A stretch of DNA of 64,000 nt from positions 1,165 through 65,164 of the forward strand of contig CAIWXQ010000044.1 in assembly GCA_903916675.1 (NCBI GenBank), in the 5' to 3' direction. Positions 1 through 10,089 of the stretch are shown piece after piece. The position numbers and the translations under genes were made by a program. The notes beneath the pieces are model-generated. The model was given only the letters and a program-made list of their open reading frames with translations, was not told the origin of the DNA and made no database searches. The first letter of the stretch is position 1, and each line of letters opens with the position of its first letter. Source of the DNA: an uncultured bacterium. Lineage in GTDB: Bacteria > Verrucomicrobiota > Kiritimatiellia > RFP12 > CAIWXQ01.

Positions 1-363
1 GATACGCCCCAGATTAAAGACAGCCGAGGCCACCACCGCGCCGGAATTCCCGGCCGCCACCACGGCGTCCGCCTCGCTGCTTTTGAGCAACTCCATGCAG
101 CGGTTGATGGAGGCGTCCTTCTTGCGGCGCACGGCCACGGCGGGCGTCTCGTCCATGCCGACGTTTTCGGATGCATGCACGATCCGGATGCGGTCGCCCA
201 TGCGCGCGCCGTTACACCGGGCCAGTTCTTCGCGGATCGCCGATTCCACGCCGACCAGAATCACGGAGGCTACGCCCTTGAGCTTGCTGGCCGCTTCCAC
301 GCCACCGCGTACGATCTCGCGGGGCGCAAAGTCGCCACCCATGGCATCAAGGGCAATCCTCAT
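1..363 (-). CDS. plsX: Phosphate acyltransferase PlsX, N-terminal part (gene runs off the left edge)
   Basis: Minus-strand translation from ATG at 363-361 reads MRIALDAMGGDFAPREIVRGGVEAASKLKG...AAGNSGAVVASAVFNLGRI, a typical PlsX N-terminus. It lies directly downstream of rpmF, as in the common yceD-rpmF-plsX cluster. It is absent from the ORF track because there is no stop inside the window. Confidence 0.85.
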   Translation of the reverse strand, partial: MRIALDAMGGDFAPREIVRGGVEAASKLKGVASVILVGVESAIREELARCNGARMGDRIRIVHASENVGMDETPAVAVRRKKDASINRCMELLKSSEADAVVAAGNSGAVVASAVFNLGRI

Positions 364-465
364 GATCAGCACATCTCCGGAAAGGCCATCAACTGCGGTG
401 AAATGATCGGCCGGCGATTGCCGAACGGCCGCCTGTCATTGACACCGATTCCGACGTCGCGTCGA

Positions 466-648
466 TTATTCAACTGCCACAGTCACGACCTGCCGGCCAC
501 GGTACTGGCCGCAGGACGGACAGACCCGATGTGACTGCTGGGGTGCGCCGCAGCTGGGGCAGTTCTTCACCTGGGCAGGCTCGAACTTGTGGTGCGCCTT
601 GCGCTGGCGGATACGCATTTTCGACTTCTTACGTTTCGGGACAGCCAT
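466..648 (-). CDS. rpmF: 50S ribosomal protein L32
   Basis: 60-aa ORF MAVPKRKKSKMRIRQRKAHHK... with two CxxC pairs (CPSCG twice). ATG start at 648. Confidence 0.95.
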   Translation of the reverse strand: MAVPKRKKSKMRIRQRKAHHKFEPAQVKNCPSCGAPQQSHRVCPSCGQYRGRQVVTVAVE

Positions 649-671
649 GTTCGCTCACTCCGTATCCGGGT

Positions 672-1151
672 CTACCGCTTCGCAAGCAGGTCCAGTGCCG
701 CCCAGGAACCGCCTGGGGCGGGGCTGCAGGTACACGTCTCGCGGTTGCGATTCGCTCCGCAGCGGGCGCAAAGCCCTTTGCAATCCTCCCGGCAAACCGG
801 GTAACCGGGAAGGGCGAGTATGATAGCCTCACGCAACTCAGGGGTCAAGTCCACGAACTCCGCCCCCTCCTCTGCCGGATAATTGGCGAAAAAGGACGGT
901 TCGACGACTTCTAGAGATAAGGGCTCGGCGCAGCGCGAGCATTTGCAGGCAAAACGCTGCGACACCTGCCCCCGCGCCAACAGCTCGCTGCCGATGCGCT
1001 CGACATGGATCCGGTAGGCCACCCCGCCCTCGGGAATGCACGGCGAGCCCTCGCCCAGTTCCAGCAACCCGGGCGTGGTCTCACCGGCGAAGGATTCACC
1101 CTCCGGGTCGAGGCGGGCGATATCAACGATCAAATGCCCCGGCGTTTCCAC
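672..1151 (-). CDS. yceD: YceD/DUF177 family protein (ribosome-associated, upstream of rpmF)
   Basis: The ORF carries cysteine clusters CKCSRCAEP and CARCGANRNRETCTC typical of DUF177, and has the conserved position upstream of rpmF. Start set at GTG 1151, preceded by GGAGGAGCGA. The ORF-track start at 1289 would overlap coaD by 167 nt. Confidence 0.7.
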   Translation of the reverse strand: METPGHLIVDIARLDPEGESFAGETTPGLLELGEGSPCIPEGGVAYRIHVERIGSELLARGQVSQRFACKCSRCAEPLSLEVVEPSFFANYPAEEGAEFVDLTPELREAIILALPGYPVCREDCKGLCARCGANRNRETCTCSPAPGGSWAALDLLAKR

Positions 1152-1668
1152 TCGCTCCTCCTGTTCGGATGCGCTGCTCCGGATGCGCCTTGAAATACTG
1201 CTCGATGTGCCGCCATACCGGCGCCGGCACGAAGGAAACCACGTCCCCGCCATAGCGCGCAACCTCGCGGACCGTGCTGGCCGCGACATAGCTGTGCTCC
1301 TCCTGCGGCATCATGAACAGCGTCTCGATGTTCGGCGCCAGCTTGCGGTTGGTCAGGGCCATCTGGAATTCGTACTCGAAGTCCGAATACGCGCGCAGCC
1401 CGCGGATCACGAGCCGGATGTCGCGGCGCACGCAATAGTTCACCAACAGACCGTCGAGCGTCTCGACCTCCACGTTCGGCAGGTGGTTGACGCATTCCCG
1501 CACCATGGCCAGCCGCTCCTCGATGGAGAACATGCCGCCGGACTTGGCCGAGCGCGATGCCACGGCCACCACCACCCGGTCGAAAATCTCAGCTGACCGA
1601 GCGATCAGGTCGAGATGCCCGAATGTCAAAGGGTCGAAGGTTCCAGGGTAGACTGCGATGTTCTGCAT
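1123..1668 (-). CDS. coaD: Phosphopantetheine adenylyltransferase
   Basis: Internal ATG at 1668 gives MQNIAVYPGTFDPLTFGHLDLIARS..., the nucleotidyltransferase T/HxGH motif, followed by collinear PPAT sequence. The upstream Arg/Gly-rich part of the 359-aa ORF is judged non-coding. About 20 aa of C-terminal extension overlaps yceD. Confidence 0.9.
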   Translation of the reverse strand: MQNIAVYPGTFDPLTFGHLDLIARSAEIFDRVVVAVASRSAKSGGMFSIEERLAMVRECVNHLPNVEVETLDGLLVNYCVRRDIRLVIRGLRAYSDFEYEFQMALTNRKLAPNIETLFMMPQEEHSYVAASTVREVARYGGDVVSFVPAPVWRHIEQYFKAHPEQRIRTGGASGNAGAFDR

Positions 1669-2225
1669 GTTCCCTCCTCGCCGTTCAACCGGTACACCAC
1701 CAGGCGCGTCTGGCCATAGGCGCGGTCGCGCAGCAACTCCCATTCCGGCAGTTCCGCTGCCGGCAAATCCCCGGGCTGCTCGATCACCAGCACGCCACCG
1801 GGACGCATCAGCTTCCCGATCCGCAGCAGTTCCGCGATCCCGCCAAACCCGTGCGCCTGCGCCCAGTCGTAGGGCGGATCGGCAAACACCAGGTCGAACG
1901 GCCCGCCTTCCGCCCGCCGCAGCCATCGCAGACAATCGTCTACCACCACCCGGCCGGCTGCGCCCAAGGCCACGACATTGGCCTTCAGGACCTCCGCATG
2001 CCGCCGGTCGGATTCCACCCAAACCGCCTCGCATGCGCCGCGGCTGACCGCGTCGAGTCCCACGGCACCGGAGCCGGCAAACAGGTCCAAGACGCGCGCA
2101 CCGGGAATCTTTTCGGCCAGCATGGAAAAGAGCGCGCCGCGCACCCGGTCCTGCGTCGGCCGGACCTTGTCGCCGGACGGCACCTTGACCGGCCGCCCGC
2201 AAAACTCGCCGCCCGTAATGCGCAT
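1626..2225 (-). CDS. rsmD: 16S rRNA (guanine966-N2)-methyltransferase RsmD
   Basis: MRITGGEFCGRPVKVP N-terminus, SAM-binding LDLFAGSGAVGLDAVSRGA, and the DPPY motif (FADPPYDW). Located upstream of coaD, as is common. Confidence 0.85.
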   Translation of the reverse strand: MRITGGEFCGRPVKVPSGDKVRPTQDRVRGALFSMLAEKIPGARVLDLFAGSGAVGLDAVSRGACEAVWVESDRRHAEVLKANVVALGAAGRVVVDDCLRWLRRAEGGPFDLVFADPPYDWAQAHGFGGIAELLRIGKLMRPGGVLVIEQPGDLPAAELPEWELLRDRAYGQTRLVVYRLNGEEGTCRTSQSTLEPSTL

Positions 2226-2307
2226 CACGGGCAGTATACCCTCCCTACCCTGCGGCTGCAATGGCCCTGCGCCGTAAAGACAAGAAAGCAGCTCACGAAT
2301 GTTTTCT

Positions 2308-2420
2308 CGGGGTCGGGATCGCTATCGAAATCGGTATCGATAGCAACGATGTCGGCAGAAAGAATCTCAAATCAGGCAAAATTTGATGATTTTCGACCCC
2401 GATACCGATAGCGATCCCGA
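2308..2420. repeat. GATACCGAT/GATAGCGATCCC-type intergenic repeat, copy 1 (second copy at 42047-42114)
   Basis: TCGGGATCGCTATCG (2314-2328) is the exact reverse complement of CGATAGCGATCCCGA (2406-2420). CGGGGTCG (2308-2315) is complementary to CGACCCCG (2394-2401). The same word set recurs at 42047-42114. Confidence 0.7.
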
Positions 2421-2613
2421 TGAAAACATGGCCGTTGTATCCAAGTCATTTTTTCTACGGTTTTCGGGCCAGACAGTCGGCGGGAATCGCTGCGCCGGCC
2501 TTGCAATCGCAATCAAAGAACGGCATACTTGAAAGAATTGCGGTTACACACGCAAGTGCCCGACACAGCCGGGGGCAGTTTCCGGCTGTTGTGTTCTGCC
2601 GAGAAGTCCTCCT

Positions 2614-2874
2614 ATGATGTCCCGCATTCTGCTGGCCGCCCTGATCGCGTCTGCCGTCTGTGGCGTCGGCTTTGCCCAAGAAGTTTCTTCTGCCCAGCCT
2701 TCAGAGCCGGTCCTTGCGCCCGCCACGACGCCAGCGGCCGCGCCCGCCGCGCCGAAGAAGGCGCATGCCAAAAAGCACAAGCACGGTAAGAAGCACAGCC
2801 ACAAGCGCGTCAAGGCCACTGGCAAGAAGCATCATGCCCGCAACCACGCCCACAAGCACGCTGCCCAGGCGTAA
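2614..2874 (+). CDS. Small secreted protein with Pro/Ala linker and extremely His/Lys-rich tail
   Basis: 86-aa ORF with signal peptide MMSRILLAALIASAVCGVGFAQE, then a PAxxP-rich segment, then KKAHAKKHKHGKKHSHKRVKATGKKHHARNHAHKHAAQA. No family recognised. Confidence 0.55.
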   Translation: MMSRILLAALIASAVCGVGFAQEVSSAQPSEPVLAPATTPAAAPAAPKKAHAKKHKHGKKHSHKRVKATGKKHHARNHAHKHAAQA

Positions 2875-2888
2875 GGCAATGCGGCATT

Positions 2889-2928
2889 CGGAGCGCGGAA
2901 TGCGGAATATTTTCGCGCTCCGTTTCGA
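2889..2928. terminator. Hairpin between convergent genes (small secreted ORF and ettA), likely bidirectional terminator
   Basis: A 9-bp stem, CGGAGCGCG (2889-2897) with CGCGCTCCG (2914-2922). A T-rich run follows on the plus strand (TTTCGAAT). Confidence 0.5.
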
Positions 2929-2955
2929 ATCGATTCCGTCGCCGACAAGCCTGTC

Positions 2956-4629
<1,674 letters not shown>

Positions 4630-4691
4630 GCGGTGTCCTGTGTAATCAACGGGTGGAAGATGGAAAACGAGAGGCGCGCAGCCGCAAACCG

Positions 4692-6197
4692 TCAGCGCCC
4701 CGCGTGCCGGCCGTGCGAACTCTTCTTGTGCTGCTTGGCGTAGCGGGGAGGCTGCCGGCTGGCCGGCGAGCGGCTGTGTCCCGGCTCAGATACGCCCGGC
4801 AGTTCGGGACGGATCCGCTCCTGGAACTTCAGGCGCAGCGGCGCGCCCTCGAGGCCGAAGCGAGCCCGCAGGATGCGCTCCAGAAACGCCCCGTAGGCCT
4901 TGGTGAGGCGAAGGGGGTCATTCACGAAAATGCGGATCGTCACCGGCGCCACACCGACTTGCGTACCATAGTAGATCTTGAAGCGCTTGCCGCCGATCAT
5001 GGGCGCGGCCACGCGGTCCACGGCCTCCTCGATTGCACGGTTGAGCAGCCCGGTCGGCAGGCGCGCGCGCGTCTGCGCTGCCACGTGGTCGATGACCTCC
5101 ACGCTCTTGCGCACGTTGTAACCGGTCTTGGCGGAGAGAAACACCACCGGGCAGTGCGCCAGGAACGGCAGCATGGTCCGCAGCGCCAGCTCGGCCTTGG
5201 TCTGGGTAATCCCCTGCTCCTGCTGCAGATCCCACTTGTTCACCACCAGCACGCACCCCTTGGCGTGCTCCTGAATCAGCGCGGCGATATGCTTGTCCTG
5301 CACGGTGGGGCCGATCTCGGAGTCCATCACCAGCACCACCACGTCGGCTTCCTCCACGCTGTGCTCGGCGCGGAAGAGGCTGAAGCGTTCCACGGCATTG
5401 TCGATCTTGTGGACATGCCGCATGCCGGCGGTGTCGATCAGCTCGTAATGCCGAGCCTGATCGCCGCTGCCGATGCAGAACGGCACGCTGATGCTGTCGC
5501 GCGTGGTGCCCGGCACATCCGAGACGATCACGCGCTCGCTCTTGAGCAGGCGGTTGATGTAAGAGGACTTGCCGGCATTGGGGCGGCCGACCACGGCGAC
5601 CTTGAGCGGGCGTGCCTCGGTTTCGTTGATTACGGCCGGCAGGCGCGGCATCACCTCGTCCATCAGATCGCCGAACCCGCGGTTGTGAAGCGCGGCGACG
5701 GGGAAAAGCGGGAGATTCAGCGGCGCAAAGTCATGCAGCCCTTCCTCGTGGCAAGGCTCGTCGCACTTGTTCACAGCCACCACGCAGGGGACTCCGCTGC
5801 GGCGCACCATGGTGGCGACCGCCTCGTCCACCGGCGTGCGCCCGGCGATCACGTCCACCACGAGGATCACCATGGCCGCGTCCGCCAGCGCGGCCTCGAC
5901 CTGCGTGCGAATACCGGCCGTGATGGCGTCACGGGCATGATCGCCGTCCAGCAGGCTGACGCCGCCGGTGTCCACCAGTTCGAAACGTGCGCCGTCCCAC
6001 ATCACCTCGGCCATGAGGCGGTCGCGGGTGACGCCTGCCTCGTCGTGCACAATGGCGATGCGTTTGCCGGCAATGCGGTTGAACACTGCGGACTTGCCGA
6101 CGTTGGGGCGGCCGACAATGGCCACCACGCGGCGCTTTACCGTGGGCGCGTTCACTCCCTCAGAGAGGCTGTTTGGTTTGGAATCGGGCAGTTTCAT
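4692..6197 (-). CDS. der: Ribosome-biogenesis GTPase Der (EngA)
   Basis: Two tandem GTPase domains (GRPNVGKSAVFN and GRPNVGKSSYIN P-loops, DTGG/DTAG, NKCD/NKWD) plus a KH-like C-terminal domain. It has a basic C-terminal tail. Confidence 0.92.
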   Translation of the reverse strand: MKLPDSKPNSLSEGVNAPTVKRRVVAIVGRPNVGKSAVFNRIAGKRIAIVHDEAGVTRDRLMAEVMWDGARFELVDTGGVSLLDGDHARDAITAGIRTQVEAALADAAMVILVVDVIAGRTPVDEAVATMVRRSGVPCVVAVNKCDEPCHEEGLHDFAPLNLPLFPVAALHNRGFGDLMDEVMPRLPAVINETEARPLKVAVVGRPNAGKSSYINRLLKSERVIVSDVPGTTRDSISVPFCIGSGDQARHYELIDTAGMRHVHKIDNAVERFSLFRAEHSVEEADVVVLVMDSEIGPTVQDKHIAALIQEHAKGCVLVVNKWDLQQEQGITQTKAELALRTMLPFLAHCPVVFLSAKTGYNVRKSVEVIDHVAAQTRARLPTGLLNRAIEEAVDRVAAPMIGGKRFKIYYGTQVGVAPVTIRIFVNDPLRLTKAYGAFLERILRARFGLEGAPLRLKFQERIRPELPGVSEPGHSRSPASRQPPRYAKQHKKSSHGRHAGR

Positions 6198-6256
6198 TGT
6201 TTGAATGCAGGCAGTCTAACCGATTCTTGCGGGCGGGCAAAGCGGAACGTTGGGCA

Positions 6257-6353
6257 GGGACACGATCAGGACACAGAGAGCGCAGAGAGAAAAATGAGAA
6301 CACTGAGCAAATTTCTCTGTGCGCTCAGGAATTCTCTGTGATCTCTGTGTCCC
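6257..6353. repeat. Long imperfect hairpin built of CACAGAG/AGAGAGA words in the der-kdsD divergent spacer
   Basis: Left arm GGGACACGATCAGGACACAGAGAGCGCAGAGAGAAA. The reverse complement of the right arm reads GGGACACAGAGATCACAGAGAATTCCTGAGCGCACAGAGAAAT. Loop is about 18 nt. Confidence 0.65.
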
Positions 6354-6454
6354 ACACCGTGTATCGATACTTCCGCTTGACCCATGGGCGCGGTTGCGCC
6401 ATCGTAACGCCTGACGGGCCGGCAACAGCCGCGCCCGCGTTGGGAGCGTATCGC

Positions 6455-7432
6455 ATGAAGACCGATTTTGTCGCGCGGGCCCGGCAGGTAATGGACGTCG
6501 AGATCGAGGGGATGCAGACCGCCCGCGACGCCCTTGGCGACGGGTTTGCCAGGGCTGTCAATCTCCTGCTGCAGGTCCTCACCCGCAACGGCCGCATCGT
6601 GGTCACCGGCGTGGGCAAGAGCCTGCATATCGCCGAGAAGCTTTCTGCCACGCTGGCCAGCACCGGTTCCACCAGCGTGGTGCTCAACCCCATGCAGGCC
6701 ATGCACGGCGACCTTGGCATCCTTGGCGACGGCGACGCCCTGCTGGTCCTGAGCTTTTCGGGCGAATCCGACGAACTGCTGGCGCTTGTTCCCGTGGTCA
6801 AACGCCGCGGCATCCCGATACTCGCCCTGACGGGCGACGCCACGAGTTCCCTCGCCCGCCACAGCGACGTGGTCGTGCCGGTGAAGATCGGCCGCGAGGC
6901 CTGCCCCTTTAACATGGCACCCACCACCAGCACCACGGCCACCCTGGCCATCGGCGACGCGCTGGCCATGACGCTGCTCGACGCGCGCGGGTTCGACAAA
7001 GAGGACTACGCCCGCCTCCATCCGGCTGGCGCCATCGGCCGCGCCCTGCTCTGCCGCGTGAGCGACATTATGCGCACAGGCGAACGCATAGCAGCCGTGC
7101 CACTGGCTGCCACGGTGCAGGACGCCATCATGGCCATGACAGGAGCCAAGGCTGGCTCGGCCTGTATCGTGGACGACCAGGGGAAACTCGCCGGCATCTT
7201 CACCGACGGCGACCTGCGCCGCCTGCTGACCACGCGCCGCAATCTACTCGAATCTCCCGTGCGCGAAGTGATGACTGCCAAGCCGACGGCCGTGCAGCAG
7301 GAACAGCTTGCTGTAGAGGCCCTGCGCATCTTCGAGCAGCGCAAGATCGACGATCTCCCGGTCGTGGACGCCACTAGCCGCCTTGTCGGCTGCATCGACA
7401 TCCAGGACCTGCCGCGATTGAAGCTGCTGTAG
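6455..7432 (+). CDS. kdsD: Arabinose-5-phosphate isomerase (KdsD/KpsF family: SIS + 2 CBS domains)
   Basis: An internal ATG at 6455 gives MKTDFVARARQVMDVEIEG.... SIS motif VTGVGKSLHIAEKLSATLASTGS, and tandem CBS domains at the C-terminus. Confidence 0.88.
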   Translation: MKTDFVARARQVMDVEIEGMQTARDALGDGFARAVNLLLQVLTRNGRIVVTGVGKSLHIAEKLSATLASTGSTSVVLNPMQAMHGDLGILGDGDALLVLSFSGESDELLALVPVVKRRGIPILALTGDATSSLARHSDVVVPVKIGREACPFNMAPTTSTTATLAIGDALAMTLLDARGFDKEDYARLHPAGAIGRALLCRVSDIMRTGERIAAVPLAATVQDAIMAMTGAKAGSACIVDDQGKLAGIFTDGDLRRLLTTRRNLLESPVREVMTAKPTAVQQEQLAVEALRIFEQRKIDDLPVVDATSRLVGCIDIQDLPRLKLL

Positions 7433-7956
7433 ACGTCGAATGTGGTGCCGGCGTCCCGCCTGCCGGTTATTTCACCGCGAAGGCCGCGAAGAGCGCGAAG
7501 GTGGAGATTTTTTCGCGCAGAGGCGCCAAGGCGCGGAGCTTTCTGAATGCTGCGGGATGCGATATCGGCGTCGAGGCCAGGGTCGAGGCAGTACACATCC
7601 AGTTCTTCGTTTGTCCGCCGCTGATTTTCGCTGTTCGCGCGGATCGGTACTGGGAAATCCGCGTCCATCCGCAGCAACCGACACACGCTGGTGCTTGGCG
7701 CGTCTTGGGGCACTATCGCTACTGCAATGGCGTTGCCTCCTTCGATATTGATGCCGCGTGGTTCCGAGTCCTGTGATAAGCATGGCAGCCGGAATTCAAA
7801 AAATCGCGACACCCTAACCCCATGATTAAAAAGCTGTTGCATCAGGGATTGACCTTAACAGTGCGAAGTTTCATCTTTTCATCTGTAAATGGGCTCGGGA
7901 CCCTTTTGGTGGCAACCACCGGAAAGTCCGATGGGCGGCCCATATGACGTTGAACG

Positions 7957-8005
7957 GAACCGCTTCGCGGAGTGAGACTCCAACGCGAAGCGGTTCTTTC
8001 TTTTC
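7957..8005 (+). terminator. Strong stem-loop plus T-run 33 nt upstream of the integrase gene (terminator-like; possibly an IS-end structure)
   Basis: A 13-bp perfect stem, GAACCGCTTCGCG (7957-7969) with CGCGAAGCGGTTC (7984-7996), followed by TTTCTTTTC. Confidence 0.6.
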
Positions 8006-8037
8006 TGGAAGCGTAGAGTGATTCCCGAGGTCACTGC

Positions 8038-8931
8038 ATGGTGCAGCGACCGATCCAACGGGAGTCAGTCATGGGCGAACTGGGAAGGAAGTTCCGCCAG
8101 CACATGCTGCTGCGCGGCTTTGCCGAAGCGACGAAGGAGAGCTACGAGCACGCACTGGTCGATCTGGTGCGTGCGTACGACGGGAAGTCGCCGGACCTGT
8201 TGACCAACGAACAGATTCAGGCACACGTGGCGCGGTTGACGAGCGAACGCCATCTGGCGTGGACGACGATCAACGTATATGTCAGCGCATACAAGATCTT
8301 CTTTCACGATCTATTGCAGCGTCCGAATAGCGAGTTTTCGCTTCCACGGCGCGGGCGAGCCCGGATTCGTCCGCATGTCCTGGACCGTGCCAGCGTGCGG
8401 AAGATTCTCGACGCACACAAGAACCTGAAGCACCGCGCCTTTCTGGCGATGGTGTATGGTTCGGGGTTGCGCGTGAGCGAGGCCTGTCGGCTGCGCCCCT
8501 GTGACATCGAAAGCGCGCCGGATCGCATGATGGTGCGCGTCGAACAGGCCAAGGGACGGAAAGACCGGTACACCCTTCTGTCGAGCAGCGCGCTGGAGTT
8601 GTTGCGGGAGTACTGGCTCAAGTACCGTCTCACGGGCGGATGGGTGTTCCCTCGCAGGGGAACCTCGGAACCGTTCTCGGTCGCGGGGGCGCAACATGTG
8701 TACTGGAATGCCTGTGCCAAGGCTGGCATCAGCCGCGCCCGCGCTCACGGCATCCATACCCTGCGGCACTGCTTCGCCAGTCATCTCATGGAAGATGGCG
8801 TGGCTCTGCCGTTGATCCAGCGTCTGCTGGGGCAAAACGACCTGAGCACCACATCCGTCTACTGCCATGTCTCACGGGCCTTGCTGGAGAACGTGCGCAG
8901 CCCGGCGGACCGACTCGCAGACGCCAAGTAG
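8038..8931 (+). CDS. Tyrosine recombinase / phage-integrase family protein (IS91-associated)
   Basis: N-terminal SAM-like core-binding region. Catalytic-domain motifs GLRVSEACRL (Arg), HTLRHCFASHL (HxxR) and TTSVYCH (Tyr). Confidence 0.85.
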   Translation: MVQRPIQRESVMGELGRKFRQHMLLRGFAEATKESYEHALVDLVRAYDGKSPDLLTNEQIQAHVARLTSERHLAWTTINVYVSAYKIFFHDLLQRPNSEFSLPRRGRARIRPHVLDRASVRKILDAHKNLKHRAFLAMVYGSGLRVSEACRLRPCDIESAPDRMMVRVEQAKGRKDRYTLLSSSALELLREYWLKYRLTGGWVFPRRGTSEPFSVAGAQHVYWNACAKAGISRARAHGIHTLRHCFASHLMEDGVALPLIQRLLGQNDLSTTSVYCHVSRALLENVRSPADRLADAK

Positions 8932-10089
8932 ATGCCACCTCCGCCCCATCGGGTGGCGGAGGTGTTCCGGTCTGGCTGGAGAGCGTATTGCGGTTCACAT
9001 GCAGTGCCAACCCGCCTGGCGTTGGTCGCACGGCACGTCCTGACGTGCCGCACGGCCGCGCTGGGCGGCCACCTGCATCGCTGCGACACCTGCGGCGCGG
9101 AAGTGCCGCTGTACAACTCCTGTCGTGACCGGCACTGCCCCACCTGCCAGACCCTGCGCAAGCAGCGCTGGCTGGAACAACGCCGTGCGGAAGTGCTGCC
9201 CGTGCCGTACTTCCACGTCGTGTTCACGCTGCCGCATGCCCTGAACCCGTTGATCGCCGCCAACCGCACGCGGTTGCTCGGCGAACTGTTCGGTTCGGTC
9301 AACTGGGTCCTGCAACGCTTCGCCGCCGATCCGCAGTGGAAGTTGAGCGGCCAGATCGGGTTCATTGCCGTCCTGCACACCTGGACACAACGCCTGACCG
9401 CCCACTACCATCTCCACTGTCTGGTGGCCGGCGGCTCGTGGAATGATGCGGAGCACGTCTGGCGCAGTTCACATACCCGCTATCTCTTCGGCAAAGACGC
9501 GCTGGCAACGTGCTTCCGGGCGCGATTCATTCACCGCCTCGAAAGCCTGAGGCAACGCGGCAAGTTGCGGTTCGATGACGAACCCGCTGCATGGGATGCG
9601 CTGATCCGGCAACTCCGGCAGTCGCAGTGGGTCGTCTACCCCAAGGCCACGGCCAGGAACCCGGAGCAGGCGTTGGACTATCTCGGCCGCTACACCCACC
9701 GCGTGGCGATCTCCGATCACCGCATCCTGAATGTTCAGAACGGCGAGGTCACTTTCGCCTGGCGAGACCGTTCCGACGACAACCGCAGCAAGACACTGGC
9801 GATCCCCATTGTGGACTTCATCGGCCGTTTCCTGCTGCACGTCCTGCCGTGCGGCTTCCAGAAAGTCCGCGCCTATGGCTGGCTCGCTCCGCGCAACAAG
9901 CAAACGGCCCTGGCTGCCATCCGCGCCAGTCTCGGCGCATCGGCGCCGTCTACCACACCTGATCGCGAAACGCCGGTCGAGCGCATCTTGCGCCTGACCG
10001 GCGTCGACGTCACCGTGTGTCCGCACTGCAAACAAGGGCACCTCGACTACATCGCCCAACTGCCACCCGCACGTGCAGGCCCATCATGA
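8932..10089 (+). CDS. IS91-family (Y2, HUH rolling-circle) transposase
   Basis: Zn-binding N-terminus (HRCDTCGAE...CRDRHCPTC), HUH-like HTWTQRLTAHYHLHCLV, and the paired-tyrosine motif YLGRYTHRVAIS. No internal stops. Confidence 0.88.
   Translation: MPPPPHRVAEVFRSGWRAYCGSHAVPTRLALVARHVLTCRTAALGGHLHRCDTCGAEVPLYNSCRDRHCPTCQTLRKQRWLEQRRAEVLPVPYFHVVFTLPHALNPLIAANRTRLLGELFGSVNWVLQRFAADPQWKLSGQIGFIAVLHTWTQRLTAHYHLHCLVAGGSWNDAEHVWRSSHTRYLFGKDALATCFRARFIHRLESLRQRGKLRFDDEPAAWDALIRQLRQSQWVVYPKATARNPEQALDYLGRYTHRVAISDHRILNVQNGEVTFAWRDRSDDNRSKTLAIPIVDFIGRFLLHVLPCGFQKVRAYGWLAPRNKQTALAAIRASLGASAPSTTPDRETPVERILRLTGVDVTVCPHCKQGHLDYIAQLPPARAGPS

Noticed and set aside
1669-2202. N-terminal 178-aa extension of the coaD ORF (359-aa ORF 1123-2202).
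   Set aside because: The extension is Arg/Gly-rich, overlaps rsmD in another frame, and PPAT homology starts at the internal MQNIAVYPGTFDP.
7006-7439. Continuation of the 278-aa minus ORF through the kdsD 3' half.
   Set aside because: It would require a convergent overlap of over 400 nt with a conserved SIS/CBS gene. Only the part outside kdsD is discussed as a possible remnant.
8859-9456. Minus-strand ORFs (173 aa and 153 aa) inside the IS91 transposase gene.
   Set aside because: They are antisense to an intact, motif-bearing transposase frame, and no motifs were found in them.
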